DNA of 64,000 bases from NCBI GenBank assembly GCA_965248535.1, contig CBDFJR010000002.1, positions 768,001 through 832,000 of the forward strand, written 5' to 3'. Within the stretch, counting starts at the first letter, position 1. Every line of letters begins with the position of its first letter. A program made the position numbers and the translations under genes. Positions 50,255 through 60,228 of the stretch are shown piece by piece. The notes beneath the pieces were generated by a model. The model did no database searches. It was not told the origin of the DNA and saw only the letters and a list, made by a program, of their open reading frames with translations. This DNA is from Phormidesmis sp. Lineage in GTDB: Bacteria; Cyanobacteriota; Cyanobacteriia; Leptolyngbyales; Leptolyngbyaceae.

Positions 50255-51808
50255 ATGATTTCTACTTTTTGGAATATTCCTGGAATTCAATCTTGCAAGT
50301 CATTAGAGTTCTTAGAGCGATCGCTGACTCCGACAAGCGTGTATGACCAACAAGGACACATGCTTTATGCCAGCCAGAGCTTTTTAGAATTGCTGTTGAC
50401 TCCTGCGCCAACTCGCTTCTTAGATTGTTTTCCATCGACATCCATCGCGTTAATAGAATTGACCAAGGTTTGGGAGCAAGCTCTGCAAGGCGAGACTCCC
50501 CGATTTCTCTCTAAAACCAGAGACGCAGCAGAAACGCTCGAATGTTCCCTTCAGTTTGATCCAGAAGCCAACTTGATGTGGGTCAATGCTAAAAAAATTG
50601 ATGCCGCCGAACGAATTCGCAATCTCACAGAGGCTTATGAACAGGCGATTGCCCGATCTGCTCACGCCAACCTGGCAACAGTTTTGATCAATCCTCAGGG
50701 CGGCATCATTCAGTGCAATCAAAATCTGCACAAGCTTTTAGGAACTAGCGATCGCGATCTCCTCAATCTTGAACAGTTTGTACATCCCGAAGATCGGTTT
50801 ATTGATCAGCCGTTAAAGCAAAATTTGCTCGACGGCAATCTTCATGCCTACACGATCGAAAAGCGGTTTATTTCTAGAAACAACGAGGTTCTGTGGCTGA
50901 ATGTCAATGTCTCCTCGATCGCCATTTCTGCCTGCATTGAAGGACATCAGCGTTATTATGCCGTGCTGTTAGAAGACATTACAGAAAGTAAAAAGATCTA
51001 TAGCACGTTAGTAAGAACCGAAGAAAAGTGGAAAACACTTTTTCTCAATAGCCCTTATTTGTTTATTCAAACTAGCCCCAGCGGCCAAATGATCTATGTG
51101 AGTCCTGCGGTAGAAGACTTGCTGGGCTATCAGCCCGAAGAGTTGCTCGGACGACAGATCAAAGAACTCATTCACCCTAGCAATTTAAACGAGGTAGATC
51201 TGGCTCTCCAGCTATGGAGCAGCAATATTCAAACCCACCAATCCGGCATTGAATGCTGGTGGAGAGCCAAGTCTAACCGATGGGTGTCCCTGTCAATTCA
51301 AGGACAACGGTTTCCTTCGGCGCTAGAAATTGATGGCGTGATCATCAGTGGGCACAATATCACCGATCGTAAGTGTTTAGAAGTAGAACTGAGGGCAAAC
51401 GAAGAGAAGTTTAGATCTCTGGTGCTCAATAGTTTGGGCGTTGTGTTTCGCTGTGATGCAAGCTACATGATGGAGTTTGCTAGCGACGGAATTCAAGACA
51501 TGACCGGGTATCCGGCTTCTGTTTTTGTGAACAATCAGGTGCGATCGTATCTCAGCATTGTTCACCCAGATGACATTATCGTTCTTAAAGATTCACTGAT
51601 TCAAGCGGTTTTAGACCGTCATCGCGGCTCGATCAATTATCGAATTATCGATGCCCAGGGTCAGATTCGCTGGGTCACCGAACGTAAGCAAGGCGTATTT
51701 GACCAGAACGGCAACTTGTTATGGCTTGATGGCGTGCTGCTAGAAGTCAGCGATCGCAAGCCCCTAGAGGCAGAGTTGCGTCGCCGAGAAGCGATCGAGG
51801 GCAATTGA
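50255..51808 (+). CDS. Multi-PAS/PAC sensor protein with no output domain
   Basis: Repeated HPED/HPSN/HPDD, DITE/NITDRK PAC ends and EEKW/EEKF linkers. It terminates directly after the last PAC. Confidence 0.82.
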   Translation: MISTFWNIPGIQSCKSLEFLERSLTPTSVYDQQGHMLYASQSFLELLLTPAPTRFLDCFPSTSIALIELTKVWEQALQGETPRFLSKTRDAAETLECSLQFDPEANLMWVNAKKIDAAERIRNLTEAYEQAIARSAHANLATVLINPQGGIIQCNQNLHKLLGTSDRDLLNLEQFVHPEDRFIDQPLKQNLLDGNLHAYTIEKRFISRNNEVLWLNVNVSSIAISACIEGHQRYYAVLLEDITESKKIYSTLVRTEEKWKTLFLNSPYLFIQTSPSGQMIYVSPAVEDLLGYQPEELLGRQIKELIHPSNLNEVDLALQLWSSNIQTHQSGIECWWRAKSNRWVSLSIQGQRFPSALEIDGVIISGHNITDRKCLEVELRANEEKFRSLVLNSLGVVFRCDASYMMEFASDGIQDMTGYPASVFVNNQVRSYLSIVHPDDIIVLKDSLIQAVLDRHRGSINYRIIDAQGQIRWVTERKQGVFDQNGNLLWLDGVLLEVSDRKPLEAELRRREAIEGN

Positions 51809-51995
51809 ATCGGATCGAAAGGTTGATTCTTAATAAATCTCCCGGCTTCTTCGTCTAATCTTTGCATTTAGACTTTCTAGATTAAGAGAGCTTTAGGATA
51901 GAATAAGTTCACCGAGTTGACCAACTTAGGTCTAGCGAGTTAGTCTAACAAAATCGCTCCGTGGTGTGTAGGTTCCACAATCTTTTTGCCCTAAT

Positions 51996-53357
51996 ATGAG
52001 TCGTGAAATTTCCCCAGTGGGCGTTGACGAGCGGCTAATTCAAGCAGCGATCAAATCAGACCTTGAGGCGGTGACTGAAGGAGGGTTTCAGAGTCAGCTT
52101 GGGCCGCAAGAGACAACGCCTGAAGACGAGCTTGAGCGTCAGGCTGACTTACTCGATCAGTCCATTCAGCTTCCTGCTAAGGCAAAGGTGGCGTTGATTC
52201 GCAGGCTGATGTCTCACCTTGAAGCTGACAACATTCAAACCATTGTCGAATTTGGGTTAAGGGAGATCGGCGATCGTCATCGTCGCGGGGTAGCGGCCTC
52301 TGCCCTCGTCGAGCACAACACTCGACTGCTGCTCAAAAAAGACTACAGTTATCAAACTCGTGGTCTTGATGAACCCACTCAATATTTTGTCTATCTAAGG
52401 CGGCGCAAACCCAAATTAGACCGATATATTGGCACGCTGTTTCATGTGCCTCAAGGCTGTGTGCTTTCCTACTTTCTAGATGCTGAAGAACGGCTGATCT
52501 TCAACCCACCGCACAATGTTTTTCAACTACGAGACAGCAAAAATCCTGACATTGTTCAAGTGGTGCGGTTGATTTGCTTGGAGCCTCCCCCGCCAGACTA
52601 CACCTTTGCCAAGCAGCAAAATGACCTGCCCAACATTCAGCTACACCTAGAATATCTCGATCTCCAAACTCACCAACCCATTGCAAAGCTGACCTACCCG
52701 TTTCCGATGTGTATGCACGAGGGAGGCAAGCTCGATCGCTATCGCTGGGAAGTAACTACCGTCACCTCTTCGCCTGATCTGCCCATTGCCCGTCAACACT
52801 TTCCTCAAACCTCTGTGGTCGAGCCGTTGCCCTCAGCAGGTGTCGTCTCAGCAGCGCCCAAGTTTGACCCCAATCTCGCGCCCCTCGATCGCTCTAAGCC
52901 AGAGACTGCTCAACCCCTGCGCCGCGTGTTAGAGCTACAGCCAAAGCCCCTGACGTTTTATCTGAGCGATCGCGGTGACGCAGATGCAATTTTAAAGCGA
53001 ATGCGGTTGTGGGTAGCCTGGAGCGAGAAAGCCATGCCGCAATCAAAATGGGAGATTGTTCAAGATGCAGGCAGTTATACCCTGATGAATGCTCGGTTTA
53101 AACGACGAATTTTGCGATTCTCGCCTGACCTAAGCGCTGTCATCTTAGAGCATTCCCTGCCAGTTTTGATGAAATGGTTTCACGATTTGAGCTTGGCGGT
53201 GTCTCAGTCTCAAAACCAGCGACAATACACTTCGGTGCAATTAAAGCTGGCTCACACGCTGTTTATAGAAATGAGCCTACCTCAAACTGATCCCTTCATT
53301 GCTCTCAACAAATTGTTTGGCGCAGAGTTTTCTAAAACGTCTCCGACCAACACCTAG
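51996..53357 (+). CDS. Hypothetical cytoplasmic protein
   Basis: 453-aa ORF with no recognised family, containing a basic YFVYLRRRKPKLDRYIG segment. Confidence 0.75.
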   Translation: MSREISPVGVDERLIQAAIKSDLEAVTEGGFQSQLGPQETTPEDELERQADLLDQSIQLPAKAKVALIRRLMSHLEADNIQTIVEFGLREIGDRHRRGVAASALVEHNTRLLLKKDYSYQTRGLDEPTQYFVYLRRRKPKLDRYIGTLFHVPQGCVLSYFLDAEERLIFNPPHNVFQLRDSKNPDIVQVVRLICLEPPPPDYTFAKQQNDLPNIQLHLEYLDLQTHQPIAKLTYPFPMCMHEGGKLDRYRWEVTTVTSSPDLPIARQHFPQTSVVEPLPSAGVVSAAPKFDPNLAPLDRSKPETAQPLRRVLELQPKPLTFYLSDRGDADAILKRMRLWVAWSEKAMPQSKWEIVQDAGSYTLMNARFKRRILRFSPDLSAVILEHSLPVLMKWFHDLSLAVSQSQNQRQYTSVQLKLAHTLFIEMSLPQTDPFIALNKLFGAEFSKTSPTNT

Positions 53358-53426
53358 CCCAAACCGTCTAACTCGCGGGCAACGGCAAGACCGCTAGCCA
53401 TCTGTTTAAAGCTGCAAAACTCGATC

Positions 53427-53467
53427 GGCTCCCAAAACCAGTTCTTAAGACTTGAAGGTTTGGGAGC
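53427..53467. terminator. Hairpin between convergent genes
   Basis: GCTCCCAAAACC ... GGTTTGGGAGC. Confidence 0.5.
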
Positions 53468-53521
53468 ACGATCGTTCTGCCTGTCACACTTGATTCAGGG
53501 TTGCTATGGCTGCAAAGTCTG

Positions 53522-54388
53522 CTACTTAAGCCCGATCTTCACCGTCTTTAGAGCCACAGAGGGCATTGGCGGCGCGTCTACGGCAGCAATTTGCAGCAAG
53601 GATGCGTCTGGCTCATAGCGTTGTATCATTGCTTGCTGCAACAACTCCTGCACCGGGAGACTATTGTAGAGAGGAGAACCCTCTAGTGACTTGATGGCAT
53701 CAATCACTCCCGGCCAATCTTCGGCAGATTGTGCGGCAACGGCCTGATTGAACAATTTAGCTTGTTGACTCCACCGCTGCTTGAGTTCTACGCTGCGATC
53801 GTGCCATTGGCTAGTGTCTGGAATGCTGTCTAACAGGGCGATCGCCGGAGCAATCTCACCTTGTTGAATGTGGTTGGTTGCTTGGCGCACTAGCTCTTGT
53901 GACCACTCTTCCTGAAGTTTTTGCACTAACTCATAGTGCTGACTATTTTTCGGAATTCCGGCGACGGTGGTGACGGCTACTGTCAACTGATCCCGGCTGG
54001 CAGCCGCCTGCGCTTGGTTTAACAAATCGGCGTATACCGCTTCCATTTTGCTGGGCAGCTTGTCAGATTGCCCATGGCTCTGCAACTGATCACTCCACTG
54101 ATGATTTAGAATTTTTTCGGGAGGTGCAGTCGTGAAGTATTGCACGGCTTTAGAACAATGCTTTTCTAAAGCGGCACTAGTGGGGATCTGGGGACAGGAT
54201 TGGGGGTTAACCTCTGACACGGCTGCTTGTGAGCCATTGTTAATCAACAGTGCAGAGCAAACAATCATGCCACTGCTAGCCGCCATTCTTAAATCAGAAG
54301 TCTGAACATTGAAGGGCAAACGGCGGTTTTTTTTGAAGGAGGGAGCGATCGAAGGGTCTGTAAACGGCTCTAATAGCTGATGGCTCAT
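53522..54388 (-). CDS. Hypothetical protein with an N-terminal hydrophobic segment and helical repeats
   Basis: Repeated 'A...A...IP..S....' helical units resembling extracytoplasmic parts of cyanobacterial kinases. Confidence 0.6.
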   Translation of the reverse strand: MSHQLLEPFTDPSIAPSFKKNRRLPFNVQTSDLRMAASSGMIVCSALLINNGSQAAVSEVNPQSCPQIPTSAALEKHCSKAVQYFTTAPPEKILNHQWSDQLQSHGQSDKLPSKMEAVYADLLNQAQAAASRDQLTVAVTTVAGIPKNSQHYELVQKLQEEWSQELVRQATNHIQQGEIAPAIALLDSIPDTSQWHDRSVELKQRWSQQAKLFNQAVAAQSAEDWPGVIDAIKSLEGSPLYNSLPVQELLQQAMIQRYEPDASLLQIAAVDAPPMPSVALKTVKIGLK

Positions 54389-54587
54389 AATTAGGAAAAT
54401 TACACAATGAACGATCGTGATATGGCAACCTGTTTTGAGTCGTGATTGATTCGCTCACAAACCCAAGATTGGAGAAACAAAACACGGATTCCGCCAACCT
54501 TGGGCTTTGAGGCGGTCGCTCTGCACCTCATGATTGATTGAGAGGGGCTATAACCCCAAACCATCAGAGGACTGTCGAGACCGAAGA

Positions 54588-55406
54588 TTAGACCAGGGTA
54601 AAATCGGCTGCTGAAAACTTGGATAGATTGGCCAATCCAGTTTCGCCCCGTTGATTATCTAAATTAGCCAACACGCTCACATCTCCACCATTGCTCAGAT
54701 CTTGAGAGTAGGCCAAACGGGTCAACCCCAAGGTCGAGTTGAAGTAAACAAACGCGCCTTCGTGAGCGGTGATCTGATCATTGTTGGCGATCGCACGAGC
54801 CGCCGCCCCTGCTGCCGGAAAGGGATCGGTGAGCACAATTACGTTACTGTCTCCAGCAATCTGAGACGACTGTCCTTTTTGAAACTTGAGGGTGTCAAGG
54901 TTCAGATCAAACTTGTTGAATGCAAATTTATCTTCTCCGATCGTAAAGTCTGAAATCACATCAGGCTGGTTTAGAACATTGATGCCTGTTTTGCCAGCAG
55001 GTGCCGGAATGCCGTTGGCAAACACATCGCCCGTGTAGACAAACTGATCGGCTCCTGCGCCGCCCGTGAGTTGATCGACTCCATTGCCGCCAACCAGCAG
55101 ATCATTGCCCGCATCACCCATGATTAGATCGTTGCCATTGCCGCCTGAGAGCCGATCATTGCCAGTGCCCCCAAACAAGGCATCATTGCCGTTGTCGCCG
55201 GAGAGAAAATCGTTGCCATCATTGCCGAGCAGCAAATCGTTGCCTTCTTTACCTCTAGCAACGTTGTTGGTGGTGTTGCCAACAAACAGATCATTGGTTT
55301 GTGCGGTGCCGTTAAAAGATAAACCATCGGTGGCGCGATTGACGGTAGTGATGTCGTTTAAGAGCGCTAAGACTGTCTGTAGTCCAATTTGGGCGTTAGT
55401 AGTCAT
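54588..55406 (-). CDS. RTX / hemolysin-type Ca-binding secreted protein
   Basis: About 8 GxxGNDxLx nonapeptides, DVISDF motif, C-terminal FSAADF. No Sec signal peptide. Confidence 0.88.
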   Translation of the reverse strand: MTTNAQIGLQTVLALLNDITTVNRATDGLSFNGTAQTNDLFVGNTTNNVARGKEGNDLLLGNDGNDFLSGDNGNDALFGGTGNDRLSGGNGNDLIMGDAGNDLLVGGNGVDQLTGGAGADQFVYTGDVFANGIPAPAGKTGINVLNQPDVISDFTIGEDKFAFNKFDLNLDTLKFQKGQSSQIAGDSNVIVLTDPFPAAGAAARAIANNDQITAHEGAFVYFNSTLGLTRLAYSQDLSNGGDVSVLANLDNQRGETGLANLSKFSAADFTLV

Positions 55407-55898
55407 GGTGATTTCCTTAAGATTGATTGAACTCTAGAGCGGCTCAAGTCAGCTTATAAACTAGAAGCTGTGGCCACTTGGATTCGGTTGGTTGAAATGA
55501 TCTGAGGGGCGATCGCACTGAGCAAAATCGGCTAACAGCACGAACCCAGCACCCTGCCTTTGCCACCCCTGATAAAGTCTGCCGTTGATCTCGCTTGAAT
55601 GAATCTTTAGGATGGACTGGTCAGACTCAACGAATTAGCTACCCACTCCATGAGTTTACTATGAAGCTTCACTCTATACCAAGGTTAAAGAACTAAATGG
55701 ATTTCTCCAACCTGGTAATCTCAGAACTTTCTAAAGACAGCCTAACTTTTTTATACCTGCCTAAGTTTGCGAGTCTAGAGTGATATCTAGAAAAAAATCG
55801 TCTCAATACTGGGACTATAACGTAATTTTAGCGATCGCATCTAGCGAATTCACTCAGTGTTTGGTGTTTTATTTTTAACCAAAAAGCCGTAATATTGC

Positions 55899-55936
55899 TA
55901 ATTAGAACCCACTGATTTGAGAAATTGTTCTAATTA
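55899..55936. promoter_or_regulatory. Paired inverted motif 2: TAATTAGAAC-N18-GTTCTAATTA
   Basis: Read directly. Confidence 0.65.
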
Positions 55937-56135
55937 AATAATTTATCAAATAGTATCCGGGTTGTTGCGGGTTAGCCTGTATAAATGACAGTCAGGATGT
56001 AGCTGACTGCTGGTTAATGCACACCAATATCCACCTAGAAATTTTCTGGTGACGAGTTTAGATCTCTGGGCACAAGTCCTTAACCCCTTGAACCCTTGAA
56101 GCCTGCGGAGTTAATAGAAAACCTACGGCGGTAGT

Positions 56136-56169
56136 TAATTAGAACTTAATTTATGGTTGGTTCTAATTA
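56136..56169. promoter_or_regulatory. Paired inverted motif 3: TAATTAGAAC-N14-GTTCTAATTA
   Basis: Read directly. It abuts TAGACA-N17-TAGCCT (56173-56201), a candidate promoter of the T1SS operon. Confidence 0.65.
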
Positions 56170-56343
56170 GTCTAGACAGGCGGTAGATAGTGTTGTAGCC
56201 TGTGAAACGATGAGGCATTGCCATGATCTAGATTGTTGACTAGTTCATAAAAACTATATGCGTGGTTTCTCAATCTGCTGATTCACCGCGACACACGTTA
56301 GCTGATCAAAAAGATTGTCTATTTGAACATTTGGAACACTTCC

Positions 56344-57135
56344 ATGAGTAGCTGCTTAAAGATTGGTAGTCGCCTGTTAGATGGTGACCAAATTATCTCT
56401 GCTTTAGTTCAATACAAGCTTCTAGAACCGCTAGTTGGGCATCTCTTGTTAGACGAAGTGGTTAAAGAAGTTCCTCTATTAAAACAGGAGGTTTTTCACA
56501 CTCTAGTAGGCGAGAGCGAGACCCCCATACCCGATGACTTTGAGGGTTTTTTAACTCAATGGTGTCAACAAAAGGAGATTGCCCTAGAGTATTTTAAGAC
56601 CGTGATGATGCGCGAGTGGCAACTGCAAAAATTTAAACAACTTCAGTTTGATGATCAAGTAGAGTCAGAGTTTCTTCGCATTAAGTCAGATCTCGATCGA
56701 GTGGAATATTCACTGATTCAGCTTGATGATGGGGCGTTGGCCCAAGAAGTCTATTTTCAGCTTCGAGACGATGGCGTAGAGTTTGCTCAACTTGCCCAAG
56801 CATACTCATTGGGGCGTGAGCGACACGCAGGCGGATTAGTCGGCCCAGTGGCATTTTCGACACTGCCGATCGACGTTGCGGCCTTATTTCATCACCAACA
56901 AACGGGAATAGTTTACGCTCCGGTGCCTGTCGGCGATCGATTTTGGGTAGTGCGACTAGAGCGAGTCATTGCTGCTCGGCTGACTGAGGTAACTCGATCG
57001 GCTGTGGTCGATCGTCTCTATACTCAATGGCTGCAAACGCAAGTTCAAAAAGTGATGGATACACCGGGAGCGATCGCGGTGCAGTCCAATACAACAGAGC
57101 AATCTTTAGAACTCCAACGTGTTCCCTCTGGGTAG
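56344..57135 (+). CDS. PpiC/parvulin-type peptidyl-prolyl isomerase associated with a T1SS
   Basis: VEYSLI...AQEVYFQL...FAQLAQAYS...GGLVGP. Confidence 0.85.
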   Translation: MSSCLKIGSRLLDGDQIISALVQYKLLEPLVGHLLLDEVVKEVPLLKQEVFHTLVGESETPIPDDFEGFLTQWCQQKEIALEYFKTVMMREWQLQKFKQLQFDDQVESEFLRIKSDLDRVEYSLIQLDDGALAQEVYFQLRDDGVEFAQLAQAYSLGRERHAGGLVGPVAFSTLPIDVAALFHHQQTGIVYAPVPVGDRFWVVRLERVIAARLTEVTRSAVVDRLYTQWLQTQVQKVMDTPGAIAVQSNTTEQSLELQRVPSG

Positions 57136-57192
57136 CCTTCAATTCCTTAGGAGATGAGATTAACAGAGTTTACAGCGTGAGGATTCGTATCA

Positions 57193-60175
57193 ATGATGCA
57201 AAGTGATGAACGAATGCAATCGTTTCTGACAGATTTTTTTACGGCATGGCTGTTTAAACCTTTGCCCGATCATTTGCGAGGCGCGATCGCGGCAAAACTG
57301 CGGTTGTGTTCTTTTCAGCCGGGGGCGGTGATTTATCCCCCAACCGAGTTGCCGTCAGATGTTCACTTTATTGTGCAGGGAAGCGTGCGGATTCTCGGCG
57401 CTGATTCTCAAAAAAATCCAACGCTGGGGGTGCTAGGGCCGGGCACTGTGATCGGGTGGGATAGCTTGATTCGTCGCGTTGGAGAGGGATCAGTGCGCGC
57501 TGCAATGACTCCTCAGGTCGCCGATCGAGAAGTGTTGACGCTGGCCCTTGCAGCCGATGAATTTGAATCACTGGCCTTAAACTATCTCATGCCTGTGTTG
57601 ATGCAGCAGGTAAGTTTATTAGAACTCTTTGATACTCTGTCTCGTGCGCTGTCGCATTTGCTCGATCCAACCTCTGATCTCGATTTGTCAGAAGTCGTGC
57701 AGTCGATCGATCGAGGACAGTTTGCCGTTGCTCAACATTGGGATGCAGCCATGCCAGAGGCGCGATCGCTGACGCTCTCCGACGATCGTATCTGGCTAGT
57801 CAGCGGAGGTGGAGGGTTGAACTTGCCGATCGGAACTCCGATCACCCACGTCAACCAATTGCAGCAAACTCGTCCGTCTCGATTTCCGGTGCGGTTGTTG
57901 GGACTCGATCGCGTCTGCCTAACCTCAACCCTTCAACAAACTCCGGCAATTCTCGCCCCGATCGAGCCTTCTGCTCCCATTTCTGCCCCTGATGATAAAG
58001 CCTATCCTGCCTGGAAGTCGCGTTCTCTAGAACCGATCGAGGACATTGTAGCGTGCTTTGGAATGGTCTGTGAGCGCCTACAGGTGCCCTATCGTCCCGA
58101 CTCTATGCGCCGCTCACTCAAACAGCAATCGCTCGATCGGTTTAAACCCGTCGATCTGTATATGCGGATTGCTCAAGCGATCGGGCTAAATGCTCAAGTG
58201 ATTAACTTCACGCCTACGGGCGGCGGCATCAATCGGCTGATCACTCCGGCGCTGATTCAGTTTGGGGATGTGTTTGCTGTGCTCTATAGCGTCACACCGA
58301 CCATGACCGTGTTGGGGTCACCCCGAACTGGATTGGTGCGCTTGACTCCCGATCGGTTAGCAGAACGCTTGACGATCGAGTCTCCTTCAGGCTCCGGGGC
58401 AGCGGCTTGTCGAGCGATCGTGCTCGATCGACTTGGTGTCTACGCCGACCAAGCGGTTTGGGTTCCAGCGGTTTGTGCCTATGGTGATCAAACAGCGCGA
58501 TATTTTGGTGCAGGTTCTGCTGGCTTCGATCGTCATTCAACTGTTGAGTTTGGGCAATCCCTTATTAGTGCAGCAGGTAGTCGATAACGTGATTATCGGG
58601 GCCAATGTAGGCGCGATGTCAACGTTTGGAACGTTGATGATTGTGTTTGCACTTCTAGAAGGGGTGTTGACTATTCTGCGGACGCAAATGTTGACCAGCA
58701 CCACCAACCGCATGGATCTGCATCTAGGCGTTGAAATTGTGCGACATCTGCTGCATTTGCCCCTAAAGTTTTTTGAACAGCGTCCAGTCGGAGAGCTAGC
58801 TTCGCGGTTATTAGAATTAGAAAACATTCGTCAATTTATGACAGAGACGGCAATCACTACAGTGATGGATGTCGTGTTTTCGATATTTTATATTGGCGTA
58901 ATGCTTCTTTATAGCACTCGTTTAACGCTGTGCGTTCTGGCGACAGTTCCTATTGTAATTATTTCGACCCTGCTGATGTCTAAAATTCAGCAAAAACTGA
59001 TTCGGGTTAAAGCCGATCAGGGGGCAAAAGTGCAGTCCTATATGGTCGAAGTTTTAAGCGGCATTGCGTCGGTTAAATCTCAGCACATGGAGTCTTTAGT
59101 CGAAGCAACCTGGCGCGATCGCTATGTGCAATATCTGACCAGTGGCTTCACAACCTCAAACATCAACACAGTCTTTTATTCCTATAGTAATTTTCTCAAC
59201 ACAGTCAGCAGTTTGTTGGTGCTGTGGGTCGGTGCCGAACTGGTGCTGAAGGGTGAATTAACTCTGGGTGGACTGATCGCCTTTCGCATTTTGACGGGGT
59301 ATGTGACGGGCCCACTTTTGCGCTTGGCGCGGCTCTGGCAGCGATTTCAAGAAACCTCACTGTCGATGGAACTGCTCGCCGACATTGTAGACTCGCCTGC
59401 CGAAGAAGAGTTATCTCAAGAACAAAAACTGCAAATTCCCCCGATCGTGGGGCGAGTTCAATATCACGAGGTTTGTTTTGGGTTTAACCCAGGGCAACTG
59501 CAATTATCAGAGATTCAGTTAGACATTGCGCCCGGCACCTTTGTCGGCATCGTGGGTCAGAGCGGCTCTGGAAAAAGCACGTTAATGAAACTGTTGCCGC
59601 GTTTATATTTACCTCAGAGCGGCAGCATTACCATTGATGATTATGATGTTTGCAAAGTTGATTTGCACTCTCTGCGATCGCAGGTGGGTGTGGTCTCTCA
59701 AGATGCCGTCTTATTTCAAGGCACGATTCGAGACAACATTGCCCTGTTTGAAAATTTGCCCGATGAGGTGGTGATGGAAGCGGCACGGGTCGCTGATGCT
59801 CACGAGTTTATCATGCAGTTGCCCGATGGCTATGCGACGCAAATTGGCGAACGCGGCGCGGCTCTCTCAGGCGGTCAGCGACAGCGAATCGCGATCGCTC
59901 GCGTCGTGCTTCGCAACCCCCGACTGCTGATTTTTGATGAGGCCACAAGCGCCTTGGATTATGAGACTGAGCGCCGAGTTTGCACCAATTTGATGCAGCG
60001 ATTTCAGGGTCGCACCTGCTTTTTTATCACCCATCGACTGAATACGATCGCCCGCTCAGATTGGATTCTCTTTATGCAGTCTGGCATCATTGCCGAGCAA
60101 GGAACCCATCAAGATTTGATGGCACGTCGTCAACTTTATTACTGCCTCTATGCTCAACAATCACGGCAGCCCTAA
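57193..60175 (+). pseudogene. Type I secretion ABC transporter (cNMP-binding + C39-like + ABC TM + NBD), split by a +1 frameshift at about 58432 (pseudogene or sequencing error)
   Basis: cNMP and C39-like domains in ORF1. ORF2 has TPTKRFG..., GQSGSGKST, LSGGQRQR, FDEATSALD. The junction reads CGA-CTT-GGT-G. Confidence 0.85.
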
Positions 60176-60228
60176 GCAGCCAAAGGATTGTTTACAGAAA
60201 TCACCTATTGCTTGTCTGGAGAAAATCT

